Source of the DNA: an uncultured Verrucomicrobiae bacterium
GTDB taxonomy: Bacteria > Verrucomicrobiota > Verrucomicrobiia > Limisphaerales > JAFGQR01
DNA: 64,000 nt
Direction: 5' to 3'
Assembly: GCA_963788655.1 (NCBI GenBank)
Contig: CAWBHS010000049.1
Span: forward strand, 128,001-192,000
Part shown: piece after piece, positions 29,887 to 40,650 of the stretch
Layout of the letters: each line of letters begins with the position of its first letter
Numbering within the stretch: position 1 is the first letter of the stretch
Notes under the pieces: model-generated
What the model was told of the DNA's origin: nothing
Databases searched by the model: none
Seen by the model: the letters and a program-made list of their open reading frames with translations, nothing else
Program-made: the position numbers and the translations under genes

Positions 29887-30804
29887 TCATCGCGTGAGCA
29901 CATGCCGCAGGTAGAGATACATCAACGGCGCATTGAACAACAGACTGTCCAGCAAGTCGAGAATTCCGCCGATGCCGGGAAAGTAATGTCCCGAGTCCTT
30001 CACGCCGGCTTCGCGTTTGAAAATGGACTCGATCAAGTCGCCCACCACCGCCGCCATGCTCAGCACCACTCCCAGCACGACGGCGTGGGTGGTGTTCATG
30101 CCATGCAAATGCCCGCCCGCCAGTTTGGCAAATACCAAGCTCGCCAGCACCGAGGCGGCGATGGCCCCGCCGAAGCCTTCCCAGGTCTTGCCCGGGCTGA
30201 TGCGCGGAATCATTTTGTGCCGCCCAATCAGCGAGCCGACGGCGTAGGCCCCGCAGTCGCTGAACTTGGTGACCACGATGAAGTACAGCACGTAGAACTT
30301 GCCGTCGCCCTGCAGCGTGGGGAAGAAATTGATCTTCTGGATGAAGTTCAGCAGCCACGGCACATACATCAACCCGAACAACGTCGTCGAGATGGCCAGG
30401 ATGCCCGCGGTGTTCGAGCGTGACAGGAACTGGCGCACGCACAATCCCAGCACGAACAGGATGAGGATGATAGTCTCGAAATCATTCACCCGCGAAGGGG
30501 TGTTGAACAATCCCAGCCGGCCGGTGCTGTGCAAGAACGTGCCCGTCATCAGCATGATCCCGCTGAAGATTCCCCAAGTCTTGAAGCAGACCAAGTCGCG
30601 CCGTTGCACCAGATCGTAGAATTCTGCCAAGCCGAACGCCGCCAGCGCCACCATGATGACCAGGAAGACGTAATTGGCGATGAGCGGCGTCGTGAAAAAC
30701 AACGCGCCGAGCACGACCGACCAGAGCACCACGAAACTGAACAGCCGTCGGAGAAACACTTTGCCCTTGGACAGTGGCGGCGATGGCGGGGCGGAAGCAG
30801 GCAT
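29887..30804 (-). CDS. cdsA: Phosphatidate cytidylyltransferase
   Basis: SDCGAY..G, ISPGKTWEG and GDLIESIFKREAGVKDSG..PGIGGILDLLDS. Confidence 0.95.
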   Translation of the reverse strand: MPASAPPSPPLSKGKVFLRRLFSFVVLWSVVLGALFFTTPLIANYVFLVIMVALAAFGLAEFYDLVQRRDLVCFKTWGIFSGIMLMTGTFLHSTGRLGLFNTPSRVNDFETIILILFVLGLCVRQFLSRSNTAGILAISTTLFGLMYVPWLLNFIQKINFFPTLQGDGKFYVLYFIVVTKFSDCGAYAVGSLIGRHKMIPRISPGKTWEGFGGAIAASVLASLVFAKLAGGHLHGMNTTHAVVLGVVLSMAAVVGDLIESIFKREAGVKDSGHYFPGIGGILDLLDSLLFNAPLMYLYLRHVLTR

Positions 30805-30826
30805 GACAACGATCAAGGGGATTCCG

Positions 30827-31566
30827 TTACAAGCCGCCAAACCGCCGGTGCCGGCGCGTGTATTCCTCGAGCGCCGCGAAGAACTGCGGTTTGCGGAAAT
30901 CCGGCCAGAGCGTCGGCGTGACCACCAGTTCGGTGTAGGAGATTTGCCAGAGCAGAAAATTGCTGACCCGCATTTCGCCGCTGGTGCGGATCAGCAGGTC
31001 CGGGTCGGGGATGCCCTTGGTGTAGAGGTGCTGCGCGATCACTTGTTCGTTGATCTCGGCCGGATCCAGTTTGCCCTCTTTGACCTTGGCCGCGATGCCG
31101 CGCACCGCTTCCACAATCTCCGTGCGCGCCCCGTAGCTCAACGCCAGGATGAGCGTCAGTCCGTTGTTCTTCTCGAGCGCCGCGATGGTCTTCTTGAGCT
31201 GGTCCTGAACAAATTCCGGCAGCCGGTAGATCTGGCCGATGACTTCGAGGCGCACGTTGTATCTTGTTCAGATCGGCCACCTCGTTTTTGAGATAATGCG
31301 CGAGATACTTCATCAAGCGTATCGACTTCCTCCTTGGGCCGGTTCCAGTTCTCGACGGAGAAAGCGTAAAGCGTGAGATACTTGATGCCCACTTCGCCGG
31401 CAGCGCGCATGATCGCTCGCACGGATTCCGCGCCGTGCCGGTGCCCTTCGACCCGGGGCAAGTTCCGCTGCTTGGCCCAGCGCCCGTTGCCATCCATGAT
31501 GATGGCCACGTGCGTCGGCAGGAGCGCTTTGGCTTGCGGACTGAGATGGGGAGTGTTCGCGCTCAC
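30827..31566 (-). CDS. uppS: Undecaprenyl diphosphate synthase; two frameshifts (about 31313 and 31262)
   Basis: [13 protein letters not shown] and [11 protein letters not shown] in one frame; LALSYG and [23 protein letters not shown] in another. Confidence 0.9.
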
Positions 31567-31600
31567 AATGATTCGCGACTGGCGATTACGTCAATGCCGG

Positions 31601-32974
<1,374 letters not shown>

Positions 32975-33202
32975 CGCCGGATTGGCAGAAGATGGAAATC
33001 CGAAGGCCGAAATCCGAAAGGTTCCGGATCGAGAACGTTTTGCCGAAGTACGAGGCGAAACGAAGGCTGCGTTCGGGGCTTTGGCATTGGGTTACAACCT
33101 CCCCCATCCAAATGAATCAGTCTCGCCACTTGCGCGGGCAGCACTTAAGGATTTAACTTGAACTCAACACGGTTCGTGTCAATATAACGCCCGTCTCTTA
33201 CC

Positions 33203-35206
33203 ATGCACCGCCACCATCGCACTGTATTTGCGTGCCCGCGATTTGCTGCTGGAATTTCGGTATTGAAGGGTCAGCGGCTGCTTGCGGGCGTGGCGTTGTG
33301 CTTGGGGTTGCTCGCCCTGGACAGTTCCGCCCAGATTGATGATTCGGCTAAAGTTGCTTTGCCACCAGGCACCCCGCGACTGGAGGATTTGATCAAGACA
33401 CCGATTGTCACCACCCCCTCGAAATTCGAGCAAAAGACCACCGAAGCTCCCTCCTCCGTCACCGTCGTTACGGCGGACGACATCAGGAAATACGGCTACC
33501 GCACACTCGCGGATTTATTGCGGGCAGTGCCCGGTTTGTATGTGAGTTATGACCATAATTATTCCTACCTCGGCTTTCGGGGTTTCAACCGGGGCGACAT
33601 CAACAATCCGAACAACCGCGTGCTGCTGCTGGTTGATGGTCACCGCATCAACAATGATCTGACCGACGGCGCTTACCTGGGCACGGCGTTCATTTTGAAC
33701 GTGGACCTTATCGAGCGGGTCGAGATCATCGAGGGGCCGGGCTCGGTGCTTTACGGCAACAACGCGTTTTTTGGCGTGATCAATGTGGTCACCAAGAATG
33801 GGCGGCAGTACCAGTACGGCGAAGCTTCCGGCGAAGCGGCGAGCTACGACACCTACAAAGGCCGCGTGACCGTGGGCCACTGGTGGACCAATGGTTGGGA
33901 ACTCCTGCTTTCCGGAACACTGTACGACAGCGAGGGGCCCAATCTGGGAGTGCCGCGCCTGGACGACGACAGTTATGGCAGCTTCTTTGGCAAAGTGCGC
34001 TACCGCGACTTGACCCTCGAAGGGGCCTTCATCCGGCGCGACAAGGGCAATCCCACCTCGCTTTTTCTGGCGCCGCCCGGTGATCCGCGACTGCGCACGG
34101 TGGACGACCGTGGTTTTGTGAACCTGAAATACAACCACGATTTTACCGACGTGATGGAAGTTACCGCCCAGATCTATTACGACCGCAATGATTTTACGCT
34201 CGACGTGCCCAATGGCCCGGGATTCACCTCCCAATGGTTGCGCGAAGGCGAATGGTGGGGCGCCGAATTGCAATTGACCAAGCGGTTGTTTGAACGGCAC
34301 ACCTTCACCTTGGGCGCCGAATATCGCGATGATTTTCGACAAAACTGGGAAATCCCAAACGTCACCAACTGGTTTGGCAAAACCAGCAATCACGGCGTTT
34401 ATCTGCAAGGAGATTTTGGCGTCCTCACCAATCTCCATCTCAGCGCCGGGATTCGCTATGATCAGTATGGAGATTTGGAACCCACCTGGAACCCGCGTCT
34501 GGCCCTGATCTGGAATCCCTACCGGCGCGCGACCATCAAAGCGATCTACGGCACCGCCTTTCGCGCGCCGAGTTTTGTGGAGCCGATCATTGCGTATTCC
34601 GGATCGGAACTGATGCCGGAAACCATCAAGACCTACGAACTGATTTATGAGCAGGGCCTCGGACGCCATGTGCGCGCCTCGGTCACGGGCTTTTACAACC
34701 GGATTGATGGGCTCATCGTCTTTTCCGAAACCGCGCGCAACGAAAACCAGGATGTCGAGGCGCTGGGCGTCGAGACGGCGCTTGAGGGGGTTTGGGCCAA
34801 CGGCTTGCGCGGGCGGATCAGCTATACCTATGCGCAGGCGCGGGACCGGGATACCCACCGCATCCTGCCGGACTCCCCACAGCACCTGGCCAAGGCGAAC
34901 CTGATTGTGCCGCTTTACCAGGACAAGGTGTTTGCCGGACTTGAGTATCAATACACCAGCACCCGCTCAACCTTGAAGCTTTTGAATGGCGGACCATACA
35001 CGGTGCCGGGCGAAGACGCTCCGGACTACGGGGTGTTCAACGTTACGTTGTTCAGTCAGAACCTGCTGAAAGGGCTGGAGGTTTCCGCCAGCGTTTACAA
35101 CCTGCTGGACAAACGGTATGCCGATCCGGCAACCGCGCACCATGAGCAGGATCTCATTTATCAGAATGGCCGGACTTTTCAGGTGAAACTGCTTTATCGC
35201 TTTTAA
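33203..35206 (+). CDS. TonB-dependent receptor (YfiR-associated type)
   Basis: Signal peptide, plug motifs (EAPSSVTVVT, LADLLRAVPG, LLLVDG, IERVEIIEGPGSVLYG..GVINVVT) and barrel end VYNLLDK...YRF. Confidence 0.93.
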   Translation: MHRHHRTVFACPRFAAGISVLKGQRLLAGVALCLGLLALDSSAQIDDSAKVALPPGTPRLEDLIKTPIVTTPSKFEQKTTEAPSSVTVVTADDIRKYGYRTLADLLRAVPGLYVSYDHNYSYLGFRGFNRGDINNPNNRVLLLVDGHRINNDLTDGAYLGTAFILNVDLIERVEIIEGPGSVLYGNNAFFGVINVVTKNGRQYQYGEASGEAASYDTYKGRVTVGHWWTNGWELLLSGTLYDSEGPNLGVPRLDDDSYGSFFGKVRYRDLTLEGAFIRRDKGNPTSLFLAPPGDPRLRTVDDRGFVNLKYNHDFTDVMEVTAQIYYDRNDFTLDVPNGPGFTSQWLREGEWWGAELQLTKRLFERHTFTLGAEYRDDFRQNWEIPNVTNWFGKTSNHGVYLQGDFGVLTNLHLSAGIRYDQYGDLEPTWNPRLALIWNPYRRATIKAIYGTAFRAPSFVEPIIAYSGSELMPETIKTYELIYEQGLGRHVRASVTGFYNRIDGLIVFSETARNENQDVEALGVETALEGVWANGLRGRISYTYAQARDRDTHRILPDSPQHLAKANLIVPLYQDKVFAGLEYQYTSTRSTLKLLNGGPYTVPGEDAPDYGVFNVTLFSQNLLKGLEVSASVYNLLDKRYADPATAHHEQDLIYQNGRTFQVKLLYRF

Positions 35207-35272
35207 CCATTGCCGCATTTTCTCATGCAACAATCAGATGCCAAGTTGCGTAAAAACGGTTACCTTCAACCG

Positions 35273-37639
35273 ATGAAACCACCTCCATTTCCACTCTCGC
35301 TCCGCCGTGTTCGCCACGGGCGCTCCGGGAACCGACCGGGTTGGCTGTTGCTCGGGCTGGTCCTTCTTTGGCTGGGTTGCGCGGCCGGGGCCTGGGGCGA
35401 CGAGAATCCCTCCCCGGGCACCCCCGACATCCGCACACAGCCGCAAAGTGTCAATGCGACACCCGGCAGTCAGGTGACGTTCTCATTGGTTGCCAACAGC
35501 ACCTTTGCCATGACGTATCAATGGCGGTTCCTGGGCAAAGACATTCCCTACGCGACCCAATCCTCACTGACCCTGGCGAATGTGGATGCCAGCCTGGCCG
35601 GGGCCTATTCGGTGGAGGTTCGGAATTTCGCCGGTCCAACGGTGAGTGACAACGCGATCTTGCGGATCCACACCACCCGGCAATTGCTCAGTCTGCAGCC
35701 CATTGAAATTCCCGAATTCGGCCCGGCGGAGCCGCCCGCTTCACCGCTGGTCGTGACCAACCTGCCCGGTTTCGTGGATGAGGTTACAGTGAAGGTGTTT
35801 GGCTTCTCGCATGCGTCGCCCGACGATGCGGACATCCTGCTGGTGGGCCCGCGCGACACCGCGGTGTATTTGATGGCGGACGCCGGGGGTGACGATGGCG
35901 TTAGCAACGCTCTGCTGACGTTCCGCGATGCCGCTCCGGCTCCAGTGCCGGACGCCGGGCCGTTTGGTACAGGCTCGTATCAACCTGCCAATTATTTACC
36001 GAACGATGAGGGGCCAACCAACGGCACTGGCTGGCAAATGTCGGCCAACCTGGGCGTGTTCACCAACCTGGATGCGAATGGCCGGTGGAACTTGCGGGTC
36101 ACCGATGATACCCCGGAACACGGTGGGCGCATTAGTGGTGGCTGGGGCTTGGAGTTGACGCTGGCGCTCCCGGAAACCAACGTTTTCATGGTCAACCTGT
36201 GCGGTACCAATGTGACTCCGGCTTCGTCCTCATCGGCCAGCGGCTTCGGATTGGTGCGCCTCGGGGTGGATGGCTCAGTGAGCTATAGCATCGAGATCAA
36301 CGACCTGAGCAGTGAATTCATGGAAGCCGACATTCATGGGCCGGCGGGCAGCGGAACCAATGCTCCCAATCTATTTCGCGTGGACTATTATCCGCACACC
36401 GTTCAGTCCGGCACCTGTGCGGGCAGCCTCGCCGCTTACCTTGGCTCGCAATTGTGGCAATTGCGACAGGGTCTGCAATATCTCGACGTGCGTACCGCCA
36501 ACTTCCCCGCCGGCGAAATCCGCGGTCAAATCGTGCCCTTACCGTTGCCCAAAATTATCGATCCACCGCGGCCGCAATCCGTCCATTTGGGCCACGCGGC
36601 GACTTTCCAGGTTGCCGCCACCAGTCCCGCGCCATTGACCTATCAGTGGCGCTTCAATCGCCAGGCCATTCCCAACGGAACCAACGCCACTCTGACGCTC
36701 GCCAATGTGCTCCAAACCAACGACGGTTTCTACGACGTGGTCGTGAGCAACGCGGCAGGCTCCGCGGTGAGCGTCGTGGCCAAATTGACTGTGCAGCCCA
36801 TTGATTTGATGCCGATCGCCCTGGGTACGCAGGGAACGCAACTCCTGGATAATTATGGCCCGCTCGAGCAAGGCCACAACACTCCTTGCGGTTGGACGGG
36901 TACTTCCGCCCGCTGGCTGGGGCTGCTGCCCGAAACCGAGGGACACTTGATCGTGGACACTTTGGGCAGCAGCATCGACACGATCCTAACGGTTTATACC
37001 GGTGCCGACCAAAACCAGGTCCAATATGTGGATTGCGACGTGGGGGGCGCCGGCGGTGGGCAGAGTTATTGGGACACCGTGGCCACCGGGAATCCTACGA
37101 GCATTGTTCTCGAAGTCGATGGGCAGAATGGTCTCCAGGGCAGCCTGAACGTGAACTGGCGTTTTGGTTGGGATCCCACGATCCTTGATCAACCGACCAA
37201 TTTGACCCTCCTTGCTGGCAGCCCGGCGCAGTTCAACGTCCAGGCCAGCGGCGTGCCGGAACCCCAATACCAATGGCATTTCAATGGCGAAATCATTCCG
37301 GGGGCCACCGAGACCAATTACACGATTGATGCGGCCCTGCCCGAACGGGCTGGCCGCTACGAGGTCATGGTCAGCAATTTCATGGGCACAGTGATGAGTT
37401 CTCCCGCGGAACTTGTGGTGTTGGAACCATCCGTCCTTACTGTCCCGGTATTCGCCGAGGGCGCTTGGCATTTGCACGTCACTGGCGCCCCCTTAGTGAA
37501 GGTGGTGCTGGAAGGGTCGCCGGACCTCAAGCATTGGACCCCGGTGGCCACGAATCAGGTGACCACCGGGGGAGTGGATTTTGTGGATCCGGTGACGGAT
37601 CAAGAACCGCACCGTTTTTATCGCGCGTGGACGTTCTGA
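35273..37639 (+). CDS. Secreted multidomain protein: Ig, proprotein-convertase P-domain-like, CHRD, Ig, beta-sandwich, Ig, RFYR C-terminal domain (alternative starts 35210/35225)
   Basis: Hydrophobic signal and three QP.S...YQW..G.Y.V.V.N Ig repeats. SH..PDD.DILLVGP..NGRWNL marks the P-domain; ADIHGPA...YLDVRTANFPAGEIRGQI marks the CHRD domain. Confidence 0.82.
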   Translation: MKPPPFPLSLRRVRHGRSGNRPGWLLLGLVLLWLGCAAGAWGDENPSPGTPDIRTQPQSVNATPGSQVTFSLVANSTFAMTYQWRFLGKDIPYATQSSLTLANVDASLAGAYSVEVRNFAGPTVSDNAILRIHTTRQLLSLQPIEIPEFGPAEPPASPLVVTNLPGFVDEVTVKVFGFSHASPDDADILLVGPRDTAVYLMADAGGDDGVSNALLTFRDAAPAPVPDAGPFGTGSYQPANYLPNDEGPTNGTGWQMSANLGVFTNLDANGRWNLRVTDDTPEHGGRISGGWGLELTLALPETNVFMVNLCGTNVTPASSSSASGFGLVRLGVDGSVSYSIEINDLSSEFMEADIHGPAGSGTNAPNLFRVDYYPHTVQSGTCAGSLAAYLGSQLWQLRQGLQYLDVRTANFPAGEIRGQIVPLPLPKIIDPPRPQSVHLGHAATFQVAATSPAPLTYQWRFNRQAIPNGTNATLTLANVLQTNDGFYDVVVSNAAGSAVSVVAKLTVQPIDLMPIALGTQGTQLLDNYGPLEQGHNTPCGWTGTSARWLGLLPETEGHLIVDTLGSSIDTILTVYTGADQNQVQYVDCDVGGAGGGQSYWDTVATGNPTSIVLEVDGQNGLQGSLNVNWRFGWDPTILDQPTNLTLLAGSPAQFNVQASGVPEPQYQWHFNGEIIPGATETNYTIDAALPERAGRYEVMVSNFMGTVMSSPAELVVLEPSVLTVPVFAEGAWHLHVTGAPLVKVVLEGSPDLKHWTPVATNQVTTGGVDFVDPVTDQEPHRFYRAWTF

Positions 37640-37656
37640 AGACGCTCTAACCGGCC

Positions 37657-38241
37657 ATGCGACTCAGGGGCATTTCCACAGCGAGTTGGCTGGTTCGTGT
37701 ACTGGCCCTGCTGCCCTTGTTCGCCCTCAGTCCAGGAGCCGGCGGCGCAGAAACGCCAACCTACACACCCTACCAGCACCGCGCCTGGTACATCTATCTG
37801 ATCTCCCAATACACCCAGTGGCCCGACTCCGCGTTTACGAATAGTCCTGCTCCCTTTGTGCTGGGAATTCTGGGGGAAGACCCGTTCCACAAAGACCTGA
37901 ATCTCATCATCGACAAACCGGTCAAGGGTCATCGGCTCAAGGTCCGTTATTTCAAACGGGGCGAGGTCATCGAGGGCTGTCACGCGCTCTACATAGCCGA
38001 CTCCGAAACCGACCAATTGGGGAAACTCCTGCCCCCGTTGGCGCACCGGCCGATTTTGACGTTTGGGGAAATGAAAGGCTTCTTGAAACACGACGGCATC
38101 GTGAAGCTTTGGGTGCGACCGGAAACCAGCGACCAAGGGTATCTTTACTTCCAAATCAACAATACGGCGGCGGAACAAGCCCGACTGCGCATCAGTTCGT
38201 ACGTGCTCAAACTGGCCAAGCCCGAGCCGCCCTCTCCATAA
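37657..38241 (+). CDS. YfiR/HmsC (DUF4154) family periplasmic protein
   Basis: Signal peptide, YTQWP, PFVLGILGEDPF, GCHALYI, PILTFGE and FQINNTAAEQARLRISSYVLKLA. Confidence 0.88.
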   Translation: MRLRGISTASWLVRVLALLPLFALSPGAGGAETPTYTPYQHRAWYIYLISQYTQWPDSAFTNSPAPFVLGILGEDPFHKDLNLIIDKPVKGHRLKVRYFKRGEVIEGCHALYIADSETDQLGKLLPPLAHRPILTFGEMKGFLKHDGIVKLWVRPETSDQGYLYFQINNTAAEQARLRISSYVLKLAKPEPPSP

Positions 38242-38247
38242 CCCGCC

Positions 38248-40539
38248 ATGAAAGCCCTGCAAAATCTTACGCTCCAAGCGAAGCTGACCGCGGTTTTGAT
38301 GCTGACCAGCTCCATCGCGCTGGTCGGCGCCTGTACGGCGTTCGTCGTCTATGAATGGTTTGCTTCCCGGAACCAGGTACAGGTGGAAATTGGCACCCTC
38401 GCCGAAATCGGAGCGCGGGAATGCACCGCGCCGGTCAATTTCGATCGGGAAGAAGAAGTAACCCCCATCCTGGCCAATCTGAGCATTGACCCGCAAATTG
38501 TGGCCGCTTGCATTTACCGGCAGGGCCAGGTCTATGCGAAGTACCCGGGCACCGCCAGCGATTCCCTGTTCCCGGCGCGGCCCCCAACGACGAACCAAGG
38601 CAGCTTTGGCCCCAACACGTTTTCGGTAACGCGCCAGCTTCTTTGGCCGGACGGGAAGCCCCTCATCGGCATTGACGGCAAGCCCCAATTCATTTACGTC
38701 CGGGCCACCCTGGACAAGATGTATGCCCGGCTGTGGCGTTACGTCGGCATCGCCGTCGCCGTTGCTCTCTTTGCGGCTATCGTTGCTTACTTGATCGGCG
38801 CGCGTTTGCGAGGATTGATTTCTCATCCGATCCTGGCCCTGGCGAACACCGCACGCCGGGTTTCGGAACACAAGGATTACTCCGCCCGCGCCGCCGCGGT
38901 GCCCAGCCGCGATGAAGTGAGTGTATTGGTCAACTCCTTCAATGACATGCTGGTCCAGATCCAAAAACGCGACCACGAACTCCGGGAAGCGCGCAACGCC
39001 GCCGAGCGGGCCAACCAGGCCAAAAGCGCCTTTCTCTCCTTCATGAGCCACGAACTCCGCACCCCGCTCACCGCCATTAACGGCTTCAGCGAAATGCTCA
39101 TCATGGATCTGGAAGCCGAAGGCCGCGCGGAATGGCGGGAAGACGTGCGCCGCATCCACGAGTCGGGCAAATACCTGCTCGAACTGATTAACGATATTCT
39201 GGATCTCTCCAAAATCGAAGCCGGCAAAATGGAAGTCCACGTCGAAACCTTCGATGTGTGCCGTCTCATTCGCGAACTGACCGACGTGTTGCGCCCCCTG
39301 ATCGAAGGCAAACGCAATCGGTTGGTTGTGAACTGTCCGCCCACCATTGGCGCCATGCACGCCGATATGATCAAGGTGCGCCAATGCCTGCTGAACCTGC
39401 TGAGCAACGCCAATAAATTCACCGAACAGGGCACGCTCACGCTCACCACGGAACGGATCACCCGGGACGCGACGGACTGGTTGATCTTCCGCGTCCAGGA
39501 CACCGGCATCGGCATGAAGCCGGAGCACCTGCAAAAATTGTTCCGCATGTTCACCCAGGCCGGCGACCGCACCTCGCGCCGATACGGCGGCACCGGACTG
39601 GGCCTGGCGCTCACCAAGCAATTCTGCAAAATGATGCACGGCGATGTGAGCGCCCAAAGCCAGCCAGGCCAGGGTTCCACATTTACCATTGAACTGCCGG
39701 CCAGCACGCCGGATCAAAGCGGCGCAGGATCCGGATCGGCGGCGCCCGCTACGCCGTTGGCGCCGCCCACTCGGCCGCCCGGCGACTGTTTGCTTTCGAT
39801 TGACGATGATCCAGCGGTCCACGAGTTCCTCCGCGAAGCCCTGCAAAATGAGGGTTACCATCTGGCCTTTGCCCGGAGCGGCCCGGAAGGTCTGCGGCTG
39901 GCGAAGGAATTGCAGCCGGCCATTATCACGCTGGACGTGATCATGCCCGAAATGGACGGTTGGGTCGTGCTGGCCCTGCTCAAAGAGGACCGCGAGCTGG
40001 CGCACATCCCCGTGATCATGCTGACCGTCAAGGAACAGCAGGATTTTGCCTTTGCCATGGGCGTGGCCGATTACCTGCACAAGCCCATCGATCGCGACCG
40101 CCTCCTGGCGACACTCGAACAACATCGCCGACCCGCCCACCCGGCCCCGGTTTTGATTGTCGAGGACGACCCGCACATGCGCGAAATGCTCCGGCGCATG
40201 CTGGAACGGGATGACTGGCAGGTGGCCGAAGCGGAAAACGGTCTGGTCGCGCTCGAGCAAATCAAACGCACCCCACCGGCGATGATCGTGCTCGATTTGA
40301 TGATGCCCGTGATGGACGGTTTCCAAATGGTGGCCGAACTGCAAAAGCACGAAGACTGGCGTCACATCCCGATTGTGGTGGTCAGCGCGAAGGAACTGTC
40401 CGCGGACGACCGTCGCCGCTTACAGGGCCACGTCCGGACCATTCTCCAAAAAGGCTCCTTTGGCCGCGAAGAACTAATGCGCGAGGTCAAACAAACCGTC
40501 CGCCTTTTCCTGGCCAGCCAAGAACGAAGTAAACACTAA
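38248..40539 (+). CDS. Hybrid sensor histidine kinase: TM, CHASE8-like, TM, HAMP, HisKA, HATPase, REC, REC
   Basis: MSHELRTPL, NLLSNANKFT, DTGIG and GGTGLGL; two receiver domains (LDVIMPEMDG, LDLMMPVMDG). Confidence 0.93.
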   Translation: MKALQNLTLQAKLTAVLMLTSSIALVGACTAFVVYEWFASRNQVQVEIGTLAEIGARECTAPVNFDREEEVTPILANLSIDPQIVAACIYRQGQVYAKYPGTASDSLFPARPPTTNQGSFGPNTFSVTRQLLWPDGKPLIGIDGKPQFIYVRATLDKMYARLWRYVGIAVAVALFAAIVAYLIGARLRGLISHPILALANTARRVSEHKDYSARAAAVPSRDEVSVLVNSFNDMLVQIQKRDHELREARNAAERANQAKSAFLSFMSHELRTPLTAINGFSEMLIMDLEAEGRAEWREDVRRIHESGKYLLELINDILDLSKIEAGKMEVHVETFDVCRLIRELTDVLRPLIEGKRNRLVVNCPPTIGAMHADMIKVRQCLLNLLSNANKFTEQGTLTLTTERITRDATDWLIFRVQDTGIGMKPEHLQKLFRMFTQAGDRTSRRYGGTGLGLALTKQFCKMMHGDVSAQSQPGQGSTFTIELPASTPDQSGAGSGSAAPATPLAPPTRPPGDCLLSIDDDPAVHEFLREALQNEGYHLAFARSGPEGLRLAKELQPAIITLDVIMPEMDGWVVLALLKEDRELAHIPVIMLTVKEQQDFAFAMGVADYLHKPIDRDRLLATLEQHRRPAHPAPVLIVEDDPHMREMLRRMLERDDWQVAEAENGLVALEQIKRTPPAMIVLDLMMPVMDGFQMVAELQKHEDWRHIPIVVVSAKELSADDRRRLQGHVRTILQKGSFGREELMREVKQTVRLFLASQERSKH

Positions 40540-40556
40540 GCCACCCAAATCCTGCC

Positions 40557-40585
40557 GGTAGGGCGAGACTCCGTCGAGCCCTACC
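40557..40585. repeat. REP family B hairpin between convergent genes
   Basis: GGTAGGGC-GAGACTCCGTCGA-GCCCTACC. Confidence 0.65.
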
Positions 40586-40650
40586 ATGAGTTTGGTTGCG
40601 GCACTGGCGGCTGGGCGATTCGTGGTTGCCGGAAGACTTCGCTCAATCCG

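Noticed and set aside
37618..40365. 915-aa minus-strand ORF and other long antisense ORFs (8739..10556, 19934..21520, 33515..34951, 50062..51699)
   Set aside because: They mirror well-supported genes on the opposite strand, as expected in high-GC DNA, and show no recognisable motifs.
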